A DNA stretch of 64,000 nucleotides from Pseudomonadota bacterium (GTDB lineage Bacteria > Desulfobacterota > Desulfobacteria > Desulfobacterales > JBDRRP01): positions 1-64,000 of the forward strand of contig JBDRRP010000093.1 of assembly GCA_043825735.1 (NCBI GenBank), written 5' to 3'. The notes under the pieces are model-generated. The model was not told the DNA's origin, did no database searches, and was given only the letters and a program-made list of their open reading frames with translations. The position numbers were made by a program, and so were the translations under genes. This document shows, one piece after another, positions 49,924 through 58,959 of the stretch. Each line of letters begins with the position of its first letter. Within the stretch, counting starts at the first letter, position 1.

Positions 49924-50084
49924 GTTGGCATCTCCTGTAATCGAAAATATCGGCGGCGCCGTTAGAGGGGTTCCCTCGGCCGCTGCGTCGGTGCGATGCA
50001 CTGCCCACTGTCGTCCGGTGCTTGAACGCACTTGCCACCGGGCACTTCGCGGACATTGACATCCGCGGCATCGCACCTCCTGAA

Positions 50085-50170
50085 AGCCAGAAGAGTGCCA
50101 ACAAGATTAACTATTTGATATTAATAAATAAACTTTCAATTTTGCGGCACAGTACGGAACTGCCAGTTCC
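50085..50170 (-). promoter_or_regulatory. sigma54 promoter + IHF site + candidate activator site
   Basis: TGGCACT-CTTC-TGGCT (50100-50085), IHF consensus TATCAAATAGTTA (50120-50108) and palindrome GGAACT-N3-AGTTCC (50156-50170). Confidence 0.65.
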
Positions 50171-50353
50171 GATCACAGGGCCCCGCTCGCTCGGGGCAAG
50201 GATTTGTGCCTCGGTGTGAAAATAATTTCTATAGCGATTTCAAATTGATACGCAGCCTGCCGGATGGGTTCCGGTTTGGCAAATGTTTCCGAATCCCGGG
50301 TTCTCCCGATCGGTACACCGAAATAAGCCGCATGGCCTGCACGCGCTGTCGGT

Positions 50354-50554
50354 TCAGGCCGAAAGAACCATCGCGCTCCACTGGACCACCAGCGCAATGG
50401 CCATCCACACAAGCATCAGGCCTGAAATGCCGGCCATGACCCAAGCCAGATCCAGCAAACCCTGCTTGGATCTCTTTTTGGCATACACCGCCAGAATCAC
50501 CCATGGCACTATCCAGATCAGTGTTACGACAATTTTTATGACAATGTCCGGCAT
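50354..50554 (-). CDS. Small two-TM membrane protein
   Basis: 66 aa with two hydrophobic helices; AAGGAGG RBS. Confidence 0.7.
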   Translation of the reverse strand: MPDIVIKIVVTLIWIVPWVILAVYAKKRSKQGLLDLAWVMAGISGLMLVWMAIALVVQWSAMVLSA

Positions 50555-50764
50555 GGACCCTCCTTGCCTGGTTTATCGATCCATCGCACCCCTATGGTGT
50601 GGCGGCCGGGTGAGCCGGAAAGGGGACGGTCGATGAAACCATGCTGCCGTAACCGGCAGAGATCGCTGTATACCCTTCACAGCCTGTGAGTTCAAGCAAA
50701 AACAGCCCTTCTTTTCAGGTGACAAACACCTGTCATTCTGAATCGGATGCCGTCAACGATGTCC

Positions 50765-50818
50765 TTGACAGCTTCGGTTGGCTGGCGTAGCGTGGCTGGT
50801 GGTAATACCACCAGCCAC
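50765..50818 (+). promoter_or_regulatory. sigma70 promoter overlapped by a FadR-type operator
   Basis: TTGACA-17bp-TAGCGT; perfect palindrome GTGGCTGGTGGTA-A-TACCACCAGCCAC (50792-50818). Confidence 0.8.
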
Positions 50819-50845
50819 ATTATGCCGAATCCGGAGAATCCACCG

Positions 50846-51574
50846 ATGGCCCGAAATCTTAGTCCGTTGACCGCCGAAAGTCTCAAGGATGCATTCGTGT
50901 CGCGATTCGAACACATGATCCTCTCGGGGGATCTGTCCATCGGCGAAAAACTGCCGGCGGAGCGGGACCTGGCTCAGCAACTTGGCGTCAGCAGGCCGGT
51001 GGTCCATGAAGGGCTTGTGGATCTGGTCGCCAGAGGGCTGCTCACGATCCGGCCGCGGCGCGGGGCCGTTGTCAACGATTTCCGAAAAACCGGATCCCTC
51101 GCCCTGCTCAATTCGCTGGTCAATTACGAAGGCGGCCTCGATCCGTCACTGCTCCAAGGGCTGCTGGACATGCGGGAGCTGATGGAAGGGGAAATCGCCC
51201 GGCTGGCGGCCCGGCACCGCAGCACGGCCCAAGTGGAAATGCTTCAGGCAATCGTCACGTCAGAAGCCGATGCGCTGGAAGATGCGGCCGCCTTCTGCGA
51301 TCTTGATTTCGATTTTCACCACCAGTTGGCCATGGCCTCGGCCAACCCGCTCTACCCGTTGCTGCTCAATTCCTTCCGAAACGTCTACCGTCACCTGACC
51401 AAACGGTTTTTCACCATCGCCGGGTCCGCACGCAGGACCCACCAATTTCACCGGGAGATCGTTGCGGCCATTGCGGCCGGAGAGAAAACCAGGGCCACCG
51501 AGATCATGGGCCGGATGCTCGCCCATGGACGCCGGATGCTGTTGACCGTCATCGAAGAAACTCAGGGAGCTTAG
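50846..51574 (+). CDS. GntR/FadR family transcriptional regulator
   Basis: KLPAERDLAQQLGVSRPVV; FCD domain D..FH..L..AS.N. Confidence 0.93.
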   Translation: MARNLSPLTAESLKDAFVSRFEHMILSGDLSIGEKLPAERDLAQQLGVSRPVVHEGLVDLVARGLLTIRPRRGAVVNDFRKTGSLALLNSLVNYEGGLDPSLLQGLLDMRELMEGEIARLAARHRSTAQVEMLQAIVTSEADALEDAAAFCDLDFDFHHQLAMASANPLYPLLLNSFRNVYRHLTKRFFTIAGSARRTHQFHREIVAAIAAGEKTRATEIMGRMLAHGRRMLLTVIEETQGA

Positions 51575-51577
51575 GCC

Positions 51578-54094
51578 ATGTCTACCGCCGTTGCCGAAAA
51601 GGCCGCTACTGCCGTTCGGACCCCGAAAAACCTGTCACCGCGGATCACCTGGTTGCGGGATTATTATTTCAAAGGAGCCCGGCGTCGGTGGAACAACGAA
51701 TTCACCGCCTGGACCACCGGCACCGACTGGGACGTGGTCTATGACGAGACATCGTTTTTCATCGTGCCGGAGACCTACCCGTTTTTGGCCACGTTCAAGT
51801 CGTCTTTCCGCCAGGCGGCACGACCGATCCCGCTGCCGTCCGATTTCTGGTCACGACCGCTGGCGGAGCGGCGTGCCTGGTTCATCCGGGAGGTGATGGT
51901 CGAGGCGCTGCCCAAAGAAATCTTACCCGGGGATCTCATCGCCGGGGGCCGGTTCAACATTCAGGCTTCCCGGTGCTGGAACGAAACGGAATCGGCGGCG
52001 CGCTCGCGGCGGCTCTACGGCAAAGACGGCGCCGCGGCGGCGATGAAATGGTTCCATGATCATGGTTACGGCAATGCCGGCGCCACCAGCGGGCACCTGA
52101 TTCCCGGCTACCAACGGGTGCTGACCGAAGGCTGGTCGGGTATCCACGCTGATCTGGAAGCCCGCTACAACGCACTGTCGCCGGCTGACCGGGAAAATCC
52201 CCGGGGCGTTCAACTCCGAGCCATGATGATCGCAGCCACCATGCCCCGGGACCTGGCCCGGAAATACGCCGCTCACTGCCGGAAACTGGCGGCAACGGAA
52301 ACCGATCCGGCCCGCTGCGGTGAGTTGTCCCAGATGGCGGCCAATCTGGACAAGGTTCCCTGGGCACCGGCCGAGACGTTCTGGGAGGCGGTCCAGGCCC
52401 TGTGGTTGACCCACATGCTGGTCCTCAGCGACGAGAACTATCCCGGCGCCGGAGTTTCCTTCGGCCGTATGGACCAGTACCTGCTGCCGTATTGGCAACG
52501 ATCCCTGGCCGGCGGCATGGACCGTGATTTCGGCAAAGAGATCCTCAAGTGTTTCTGGATCCACGCCAACACGGCCTACGATGCCATGATCCAAACCGGC
52601 GACCAGGGAATCACGGCCGGATTCGGCCAGTTGATCACCCTTTCGGGCATGGGGGCCGGGGGGCGGGACATGACCAACGATCTGACCTATGCCATCCTCG
52701 AAGTCATCGATGACATGTCGCCTATCTTGGAACCGAAGCCGAATGTCAGACTCCACCGCAACAGCCCTGGCCGACTTTTGAACACCGTTGTGGATATGAT
52801 CGGCACCAGCCAGGGAGCCCCGTTTTTGCTCAACTTTGACGAACGGTCCATGGCCGGTATGATGGTAGAGGCCCGTCGGGCGGGTGTTGAAGACCGGATC
52901 CATAAAGACAATGTCCATGAATACGCCCCGGTGGGATGCCTGGAAAACACCATGGTGGGTAACGACCGCAGCGGCACGGTGGACTGCAATATCAATTTGT
53001 TGAAAGCCGTTGAACTGGCCATCAACAACGGCCGTGACCTGCACGCGTTCACTGATCCCATCACCGGAAAGACCGATCCCGTCAGCCAGGACGGACCGGC
53101 CACCGGATCGGCGGCCGTGCTGGTCACCTGGGAGGATTTCTGGAGGGCATACACCGCCCAGACCGCGCATATCATAAAAAAGTGCGTTGCGCTCTACGAG
53201 ATGTCAGAATCGATCCGGGCCGACTATTGCCCCACCCCCTACCTGTCCTGCCTGGTCCGCGGCTGTGCGGAAAAAGGCCTCGACATCACCCGGGGGGGGC
53301 CGGAACTGAATTTCGTTACCATGGAGGCGGTGACCTTCGCCACCACCGTCGATTCGCTGCTGGCCGTCCGGTATCTTGTCTTCGATCAGAAAGCCTGCAC
53401 CCTGAAAGAATTGGCCGAAGCCTTGAAGGCCAATTGGCAGGGGCATGCAAAGCTGCGGGCCATGGCCATCAACAAAGCCCCCAAATACGGCCGCGACGAC
53501 GATGTCGCCGATGCCATGGCCCGGCAGGTGATGGATGTATGGACAGAGCAGGTCTGGCAGTACCGGACCCTTTCCACCGACCGCCAGTTCCGCCCCGGCA
53601 TGCTCAGTTGGAATTACTGGGTGGGTGACGGGTTTATCCTGCCGGCCAGTCCGGACGGCCGCCTAAAAGGGCAATTTCTCTCCAATGCCATCTGCCCGTC
53701 CAACGGTGCCGACATTCACGGCCCCACCGCCAATACCAACAGCGTAGGAAAGGCCCTCGGCGGCCATGCCGCCGAGGGACAAGGCGACTGGGCCGGATAC
53801 CGCAACTGCCTGCCCAATGGCGCGAGCCACACCATTACTTTCAATCCAGCCATGTTGCGCGACGGTGAACACAAGGCAAAATTTGCGGCCTTTCTCCGGG
53901 GGTATACGGAAAACGGCGGCACTGCCCTGCAGATCAACATGCTCGATCCGGAAACCCTTCGGGCTGCCCAGCGCCACCCCCAGGACTACCGCCATCTGCT
54001 TGTGCGGGTGACCGGATACAACGCCTATTTCACGAGTATCGGAAGGGAACTGCAGGACGAAGTGATCGCGAGAATCAGTCATAATCGATTTTGA
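51578..54094 (+). CDS. Glycyl radical enzyme (PFL superfamily), substrate unknown
   Basis: SFGRMDQYL, thiyl loop VGCLE, PKYG.DD, QIN and glycyl loop LLVRVTGY. Confidence 0.93.
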   Translation: MSTAVAEKAATAVRTPKNLSPRITWLRDYYFKGARRRWNNEFTAWTTGTDWDVVYDETSFFIVPETYPFLATFKSSFRQAARPIPLPSDFWSRPLAERRAWFIREVMVEALPKEILPGDLIAGGRFNIQASRCWNETESAARSRRLYGKDGAAAAMKWFHDHGYGNAGATSGHLIPGYQRVLTEGWSGIHADLEARYNALSPADRENPRGVQLRAMMIAATMPRDLARKYAAHCRKLAATETDPARCGELSQMAANLDKVPWAPAETFWEAVQALWLTHMLVLSDENYPGAGVSFGRMDQYLLPYWQRSLAGGMDRDFGKEILKCFWIHANTAYDAMIQTGDQGITAGFGQLITLSGMGAGGRDMTNDLTYAILEVIDDMSPILEPKPNVRLHRNSPGRLLNTVVDMIGTSQGAPFLLNFDERSMAGMMVEARRAGVEDRIHKDNVHEYAPVGCLENTMVGNDRSGTVDCNINLLKAVELAINNGRDLHAFTDPITGKTDPVSQDGPATGSAAVLVTWEDFWRAYTAQTAHIIKKCVALYEMSESIRADYCPTPYLSCLVRGCAEKGLDITRGGPELNFVTMEAVTFATTVDSLLAVRYLVFDQKACTLKELAEALKANWQGHAKLRAMAINKAPKYGRDDDVADAMARQVMDVWTEQVWQYRTLSTDRQFRPGMLSWNYWVGDGFILPASPDGRLKGQFLSNAICPSNGADIHGPTANTNSVGKALGGHAAEGQGDWAGYRNCLPNGASHTITFNPAMLRDGEHKAKFAAFLRGYTENGGTALQINMLDPETLRAAQRHPQDYRHLLVRVTGYNAYFTSIGRELQDEVIARISHNRF

Positions 54095-54107
54095 ACGGAA
54101 AATAAGC

Positions 54108-55076
54108 ATGACAACCGATCCCGAAAGCCTATTGACCGGCACCGTTCTTGAAATCCAGCGGATGTCTACCGAAGACGGTCCCGGTCTGCGGACAACGGTA
54201 TTTTTCAAGGGCTGCACGCTGCGATGCGACTGGTGTCACAACCCTGAAAGCATTGCCGCCCGGCCGGAACTCCAGTGGGTGGCCGCCCGGTGCATCGGTT
54301 GCCGAACCTGTCTGGAGGTGTGTTCCTGCGACGGGTTGAGCGCCGCCGGCGAGGGCATCGTCATCCACCGGGAACGCTGCACGGGATGCGGCGACTGCGC
54401 ACAGGCCTGCCCGTCCACCGCGCTGGAAATAATGGGCCACCGTTGGGCTGTCAACGATCTGGCCCGGGAGGTGCTCAAGGACCGGGCCTATTTTTTGACG
54501 TCCGGGGGCGGGGTGACGGCCTCTGGCGGGGAGGCCGCCATGCAGGCCGGTTTTGTCGCCGCCTTTCTGGCGGCATGCCGCGGGGCCGGTGTCCATACGG
54601 CCATAGATACCGGCGGACACGTGCAGCCGGAGGCCTACCGGATCCTGCTGCCCCAGTCCGACCTGGTGCTGTTTGATATCAAGATGATGGATGCCGAGGC
54701 CCATCGGTGTCACACGGGTGCCGGTAACCGCCTGATTTTCGAAAACCTACAGGCAGTTGCGACGGCCAAACGGACCACCGCCACACCGTCCCGGATCTGG
54801 ATCCGGACCCCGATAATCCCGGGTGCCACGGACACCGAGGCCAATATCGCCGCTATCGGCCGGTATATCGCCGCCCATCTGCCCGGTGATGTGACGCGCT
54901 GGGAGCTTTGCGCCTTCAACAACCTGTGCCGGGATAAATACCGGCAGCTGGGGCGACCCTGGGCATACGGGGAAACAGCGTTAATACCGGAGGCGCACAT
55001 GGCGGCCCTTGCCGACACCGCCAGAGACAGCGGCGTGGATCCGTCCATTGTGGTGCGCAGCGGCGCAACGCGCTGA
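54108..55076 (+). CDS. Glycyl-radical activating enzyme (radical SAM with ferredoxin insert)
   Basis: DGPGLRTTVFFKGCTLRCDWCHNPE; two CxxCxxCxxxC clusters; SGGE. Confidence 0.95.
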   Translation: MTTDPESLLTGTVLEIQRMSTEDGPGLRTTVFFKGCTLRCDWCHNPESIAARPELQWVAARCIGCRTCLEVCSCDGLSAAGEGIVIHRERCTGCGDCAQACPSTALEIMGHRWAVNDLAREVLKDRAYFLTSGGGVTASGGEAAMQAGFVAAFLAACRGAGVHTAIDTGGHVQPEAYRILLPQSDLVLFDIKMMDAEAHRCHTGAGNRLIFENLQAVATAKRTTATPSRIWIRTPIIPGATDTEANIAAIGRYIAAHLPGDVTRWELCAFNNLCRDKYRQLGRPWAYGETALIPEAHMAALADTARDSGVDPSIVVRSGATR

Positions 55077-55146
55077 CCGCCGGCAAGCCGGAACTTTTCC
55101 CATGAAATCGCGAAGCGCGCGCAGCCATCCGATCAGGAGAAACCGC

Positions 55147-55989
55147 ATGAAAACAGAATTGACCCCGGAAGACATCCGCGCCTTTGAACCCGAGGCCAAG
55201 GTGGGCCTTCTGGCCACCGTCGACCCCCATGGGCTGCCCCACATCACCCTGATCACCTCCCTGCGAGCCAGGACCGCCACGGAATTGATGTGGGGGCAAT
55301 TCAGCGAAGGCAAAAGCAAGCAACATGTCCGGGACAACCCGAAGGTCGGATTCCTGGTCCTGACCCCGGACCGACGGCTGTGGCAAGGCCGGGCCCGGTG
55401 GACCCAAACGGCCCGCTGCGGCCCGGACTTCGAGATCTTCAACAACCTGCCGATGTTCCGTTACAACGCCTACCTGGGAATCCACACCGTTCACCACATG
55501 GCGCTTGTGGACACCACCGGACAACAGCGGCTTCCCATGGCCGCTGTCGTGACGGCCACCGTGCTCACCCGCCTGGCCCGGCTGGCGTCACCGTCCTCTG
55601 GCGGCGGCATCCTGAGCGTCTGGGCCAGGGACCTGTTCAACGACCTGTCGTCCCTGAAATTTCTGGCCTATGTCGATGCCTGCGGTTATCCGCGAATGGT
55701 GCCGCTGATTCAGTGCCAGGCCCGGAGCCGGGACACCCTGGTATTTTCAGCCGCCGCTTTCGGCGCCGAGCTGCGGGCTCTTCGGCAGGGGGTTCCGGTG
55801 GCCGTCTTCGGACTGACCTTGAAAATGGAATCGGTCCTGGTGCGCGGGCCTTTCGGCGGTTTCAGGCCCTCCCTTTTCGGCCGGATGGGAAATATCGGAA
55901 TCAACTGGGTCTACAATTCCATGCCCCCCAAGCAGGGACAAATCTATCCGGCCGTCCCCCTCGAACCGATCGTGTGTTTCGACGACTGA
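55147..55989 (+). CDS. Tandem pyridoxamine 5'-phosphate oxidase-like (FMN-binding split-barrel) protein
   Basis: Two repeats of the LAT/LAYVD..G.P motif; KSKQHVRDNPKV; AGGAG RBS. Confidence 0.75.
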   Translation: MKTELTPEDIRAFEPEAKVGLLATVDPHGLPHITLITSLRARTATELMWGQFSEGKSKQHVRDNPKVGFLVLTPDRRLWQGRARWTQTARCGPDFEIFNNLPMFRYNAYLGIHTVHHMALVDTTGQQRLPMAAVVTATVLTRLARLASPSSGGGILSVWARDLFNDLSSLKFLAYVDACGYPRMVPLIQCQARSRDTLVFSAAAFGAELRALRQGVPVAVFGLTLKMESVLVRGPFGGFRPSLFGRMGNIGINWVYNSMPPKQGQIYPAVPLEPIVCFDD

Positions 55990-56051
55990 TCCGGCGGTCA
56001 CCATTGACCGTGCCGGCGCCTCGCAGCCCTCGGGTTGTTGGCCACCACTGG

Positions 56052-56113
56052 AAAGGCCGCAACCCGTCAGGGTTGCGGCCTTTTTTGTTTAATGGTGGCG
56101 ATGCAGGGAGTTG
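56052..56113. repeat. att-like direct repeat (tRNA-Met 3' end plus terminator)
   Basis: 60/62 identical to 59100-59161 by manual alignment. Confidence 0.93.
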
Positions 56114-56423
56114 GCTGGAATCTTTAACCTACTGAAATCATAAATGGGCACCCTTCGCCGGGTGCCCATATTTCTCAGCATTCTGCAACCTAAGCGCACC
56201 TGTTTGCCGGGTTTTTTCATGCTTTAACTCGTTAGACATTGTGAAAACAGGATGCCTTAGGTATACACTATCATGCAGACGATAATCTCGTCCCCTGGGG
56301 CGAGGTTGGGACATTTTGAACCGAGCCAAAAACTATAATTACAATATGTGGTGCGATGAATGGGGCCTATACCATACATGTAGGCATAACTCTGCCAGGA
56401 TGGCTTGGCAGAGTGAAAACCAC

Positions 56424-56459
56424 TTGACCGCATCCCTGCTGATACTATATTTAGTATCA
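56424..56459 (+). promoter_or_regulatory. TA operon promoter with palindromic operator
   Basis: TTGACC-16bp-TATATT, overlapped by TGATACTA-tatt-TAGTATCA (56440-56459). Confidence 0.7.
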
Positions 56460-56476
56460 CTATTTCTAAAGTTCTC

Positions 56477-56770
56477 ATGGCTAAGGTCGATAAAACATTA
56501 GAGAAGTGGCGGCAAAACACACCGACTGATGTGCCGGTAGACAAGGCTATTGGGATCATTGAGAGGTTTTTCCCCGGACAGTTTCAACAAAATCGCACAT
56601 CTCACATCGTGGTTCAAGATGACCGCCTGAAGGGAATCTATGGTTATGGCCCTGACGGCGATTTCACAGTCCCAGTTTCGGGTGGTCAAAAAGTTAAAGG
56701 CAAGTATCTAAAAAGATTAGCCGAAACAATCAAATACTTAAGTGAGTTAGAGGAGGGCGGGCATGAATAG
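56477..56770 (+). CDS. hicA: HicA-like toxin (dsRBD-fold mRNase)
   Basis: 97 aa; TSH motif equivalent to HicA GSH; FTVP and VKGKYLKRL C-terminal helix; overlaps the hicB start. Confidence 0.75.
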   Translation: MAKVDKTLEKWRQNTPTDVPVDKAIGIIERFFPGQFQQNRTSHIVVQDDRLKGIYGYGPDGDFTVPVSGGQKVKGKYLKRLAETIKYLSELEEGGHE

Positions 56771-57299
56771 AGATCTGGAATTTTATATGAACCTTCCATA
56801 CACAATTGAGTTGGTTCCTATTCCAGAATCTGAAGGCGGAGGATTCACGGCACAGTTGCCAGAAGTCGGGCGCTTATCAATTGTTGCGGATGGTGAAACA
56901 CCAGAGGAGGCTTTGAGCAGTCTAGATCATATTAAGCGAGAGCGCTTTTCTCATTACATTGAAAAGGGGCTCTCTATCCCTCTACCTGCAGAAACATTGG
57001 ATGAATTCAGCGGCCGATTCGTTTTACGAGTTCCCAAAGAATTGCACCGTAAATTAGTAGATGGAGCCAAAAAGAATGGAGCCAGCCTGAACCAATATGT
57101 AAATTACCTTTTGACATCAAATATACAATCAGATCATCACATGAATGAGGTAAACCGGATTGTCGGAAAGCTTGAAAGGATGTGCGAGACATTCCGAGAA
57201 ACTACCTATCATTTCTCTCTTGATATGCAAAACGCCAAAGTCGCAACAGAGCCGCCCTATTATATCACCAAGGGCTTCTCGCTCCCGAAAGCGGCATAG
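56763..57299 (+). CDS. hicB: HicB-like antitoxin with RHH domain and C-terminal extension
   Basis: YMNLPYTIEL, GGFTAQLPE, ADGETPEEAL, IPLP and FSGRFVLRVPKELHRKL..AKKNGASLNQY, plus a ~55-aa tail. Confidence 0.9.
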   Translation: MNRDLEFYMNLPYTIELVPIPESEGGGFTAQLPEVGRLSIVADGETPEEALSSLDHIKRERFSHYIEKGLSIPLPAETLDEFSGRFVLRVPKELHRKLVDGAKKNGASLNQYVNYLLTSNIQSDHHMNEVNRIVGKLERMCETFRETTYHFSLDMQNAKVATEPPYYITKGFSLPKAA

Positions 57300-57308
57300 G
57301 GGGATAAC

Positions 57309-57746
57309 GTGACCAAAAAATATAAAATGCCTCCTGAAGAATATTACGGCATACTACAAGACCTCGAACTGCGCGAAATATATTTGGAGAGATGTAGTAC
57401 TCGGATAGATCGAGAGGTATTTTTAGGCGAAAGCAATATAAAAGTTCAAGTTAGAGATAAGGCAGATTTTAAGATATTGGATGATGGGTTTTCCGTGAGG
57501 CATAAATACGATATTAAAATTGTTCCAGGAGATGAGACCTTGGGGACCGCCTTGACAATATCAGCGACTTTTTGCGCTAATTTTTCTCACCCTGATAAAA
57601 TTGATAATCTCAAAGAATTCTTTACAGTTTTTTCAGATGTAAATTTACCACTGAATACATGGCCATACTTTCGAGAGTTGGCCCAAAGCATGACTCAAAG
57701 GGCCAATGTACCTCCTCTCACTCTCCCTTTCATAAAAAGAAGATAA
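57309..57746 (+). CDS. SecB-like chaperone
   Basis: 145 aa; beta-rich body; C-terminal NTWPYFRELAQSMTQRANVPPLTLP matches the SecB PYxRExxxxxxxRxxxPPLxLP signature. Confidence 0.85.
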   Translation: MTKKYKMPPEEYYGILQDLELREIYLERCSTRIDREVFLGESNIKVQVRDKADFKILDDGFSVRHKYDIKIVPGDETLGTALTISATFCANFSHPDKIDNLKEFFTVFSDVNLPLNTWPYFRELAQSMTQRANVPPLTLPFIKRR

Positions 57747-58088
57747 TATACACCGGAAACCCGAAAAACACCTCAATCGGTTGGTGTCACAAAGGGGCAA
57801 CCAAAACCGGTTGCCCTTATCCTTTCTGATTCTGCAACCTATGCACATCCGTTTCCCTTTTAAGCCTCTATTTATCCTCCTCATTCGAATCGCTCATCTA
57901 CTTGAAATTACTAGTTACAGAAACGAAAATAACTGCAACCATATCCAACTAAAATTATTCGAAAGTTAACCGGACACTACTGTTGCCAAACATATTTTTA
58001 TACGCAACATCACCGCCAGGGACCAAAATCAAGATTGACAAAAAAGTTGTTCACGTTAAGAAATAGCACCATAGGGGCACCGAGACTC

Positions 58089-58841
58089 ATGAAAGAGCGC
58101 ATTGTTTCCCCACAAAACCCACAGGAGGTCTTGACCGAACTAACATGTCCCAACAAAGATGAAATTGATGAGTTCTTAAAGGCCTTCCCCGCAGAAATTC
58201 TTCAGTTTTCAGAGTCTTTCTCAACAGCTTATAAAGGATACTTAGAACTTAACCACACTACTCTTTGCCCATCAAATACAGATGGTGAGATCACCCAAAA
58301 AGATTACGTCACTTTCTTCACATACCAAATTTTAGACAACCTCTTCACATCAACCAAAACGCTTTTGAGTGGATTTCAGACTGCATCCGGCAATCTCTTG
58401 AGGCAGGCTACTGAGGGTATTGCCGTTGTTATCCTATTGTCTTTGGACCATACGATACAGAGAACGGAACGGAGAAAGGGGAAGGAAAAGAAAAAAACTT
58501 TCCATTTCTACCAAAGCTTCAAGAATGAGAAAGCCTATGCTCTTTCACATCTTGCTATTAGACTTCTGCTGGAAAACCAGAAACTTGTTGGAATCACCGA
58601 CTATGGCATTGAAATGCTTGGAATTATAAAAGAATATAGCAACAAGCATAGTCACCCTACATTTTTCAGCACAAGTTCGTTTATTTCCTACGGGATGTCC
58701 GGGAAAATGTACTTGGGTGGAAGCTTTGATAAAGGTAAGATCGATTGGTATAGAAGCGAGCTGCAAGCCAGAATTGGTTTTTGCGACAAATTACCCGCTC
58801 TAATTAGAGGTTTGGTCAAAAAGGTCAGAGACTTACAATAA
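58089..58841 (+). CDS. Hypothetical helical protein, possibly HEPN-like
   Basis: AT-rich ORF; LLRQATE and SNKHSHP motifs. Confidence 0.65.
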   Translation: MKERIVSPQNPQEVLTELTCPNKDEIDEFLKAFPAEILQFSESFSTAYKGYLELNHTTLCPSNTDGEITQKDYVTFFTYQILDNLFTSTKTLLSGFQTASGNLLRQATEGIAVVILLSLDHTIQRTERRKGKEKKKTFHFYQSFKNEKAYALSHLAIRLLLENQKLVGITDYGIEMLGIIKEYSNKHSHPTFFSTSSFISYGMSGKMYLGGSFDKGKIDWYRSELQARIGFCDKLPALIRGLVKKVRDLQ

Positions 58842-58959
58842 TTGTTAACAGCCATGAGACGATACGCCGAGCAGCTGAAAACCTACCTGAAGGAACTGAA
58901 CGCGTAACCGGGAGGTTTGAACCGGTGGTGCGAGAGCCGAGGGCAGGAGACCGAGGAAC

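Noticed and set aside
51578..54094. Calling the GRE pyruvate formate-lyase (pflB) or CutC
   Set aside because: It lacks the Cys-Cys pair, its activase has a ferredoxin insert, and there are no microcompartment or choline genes.
57309..57746. Housekeeping secB export chaperone
   Set aside because: It sits in an AT-rich islet coupled to a TA pair rather than in a housekeeping context.
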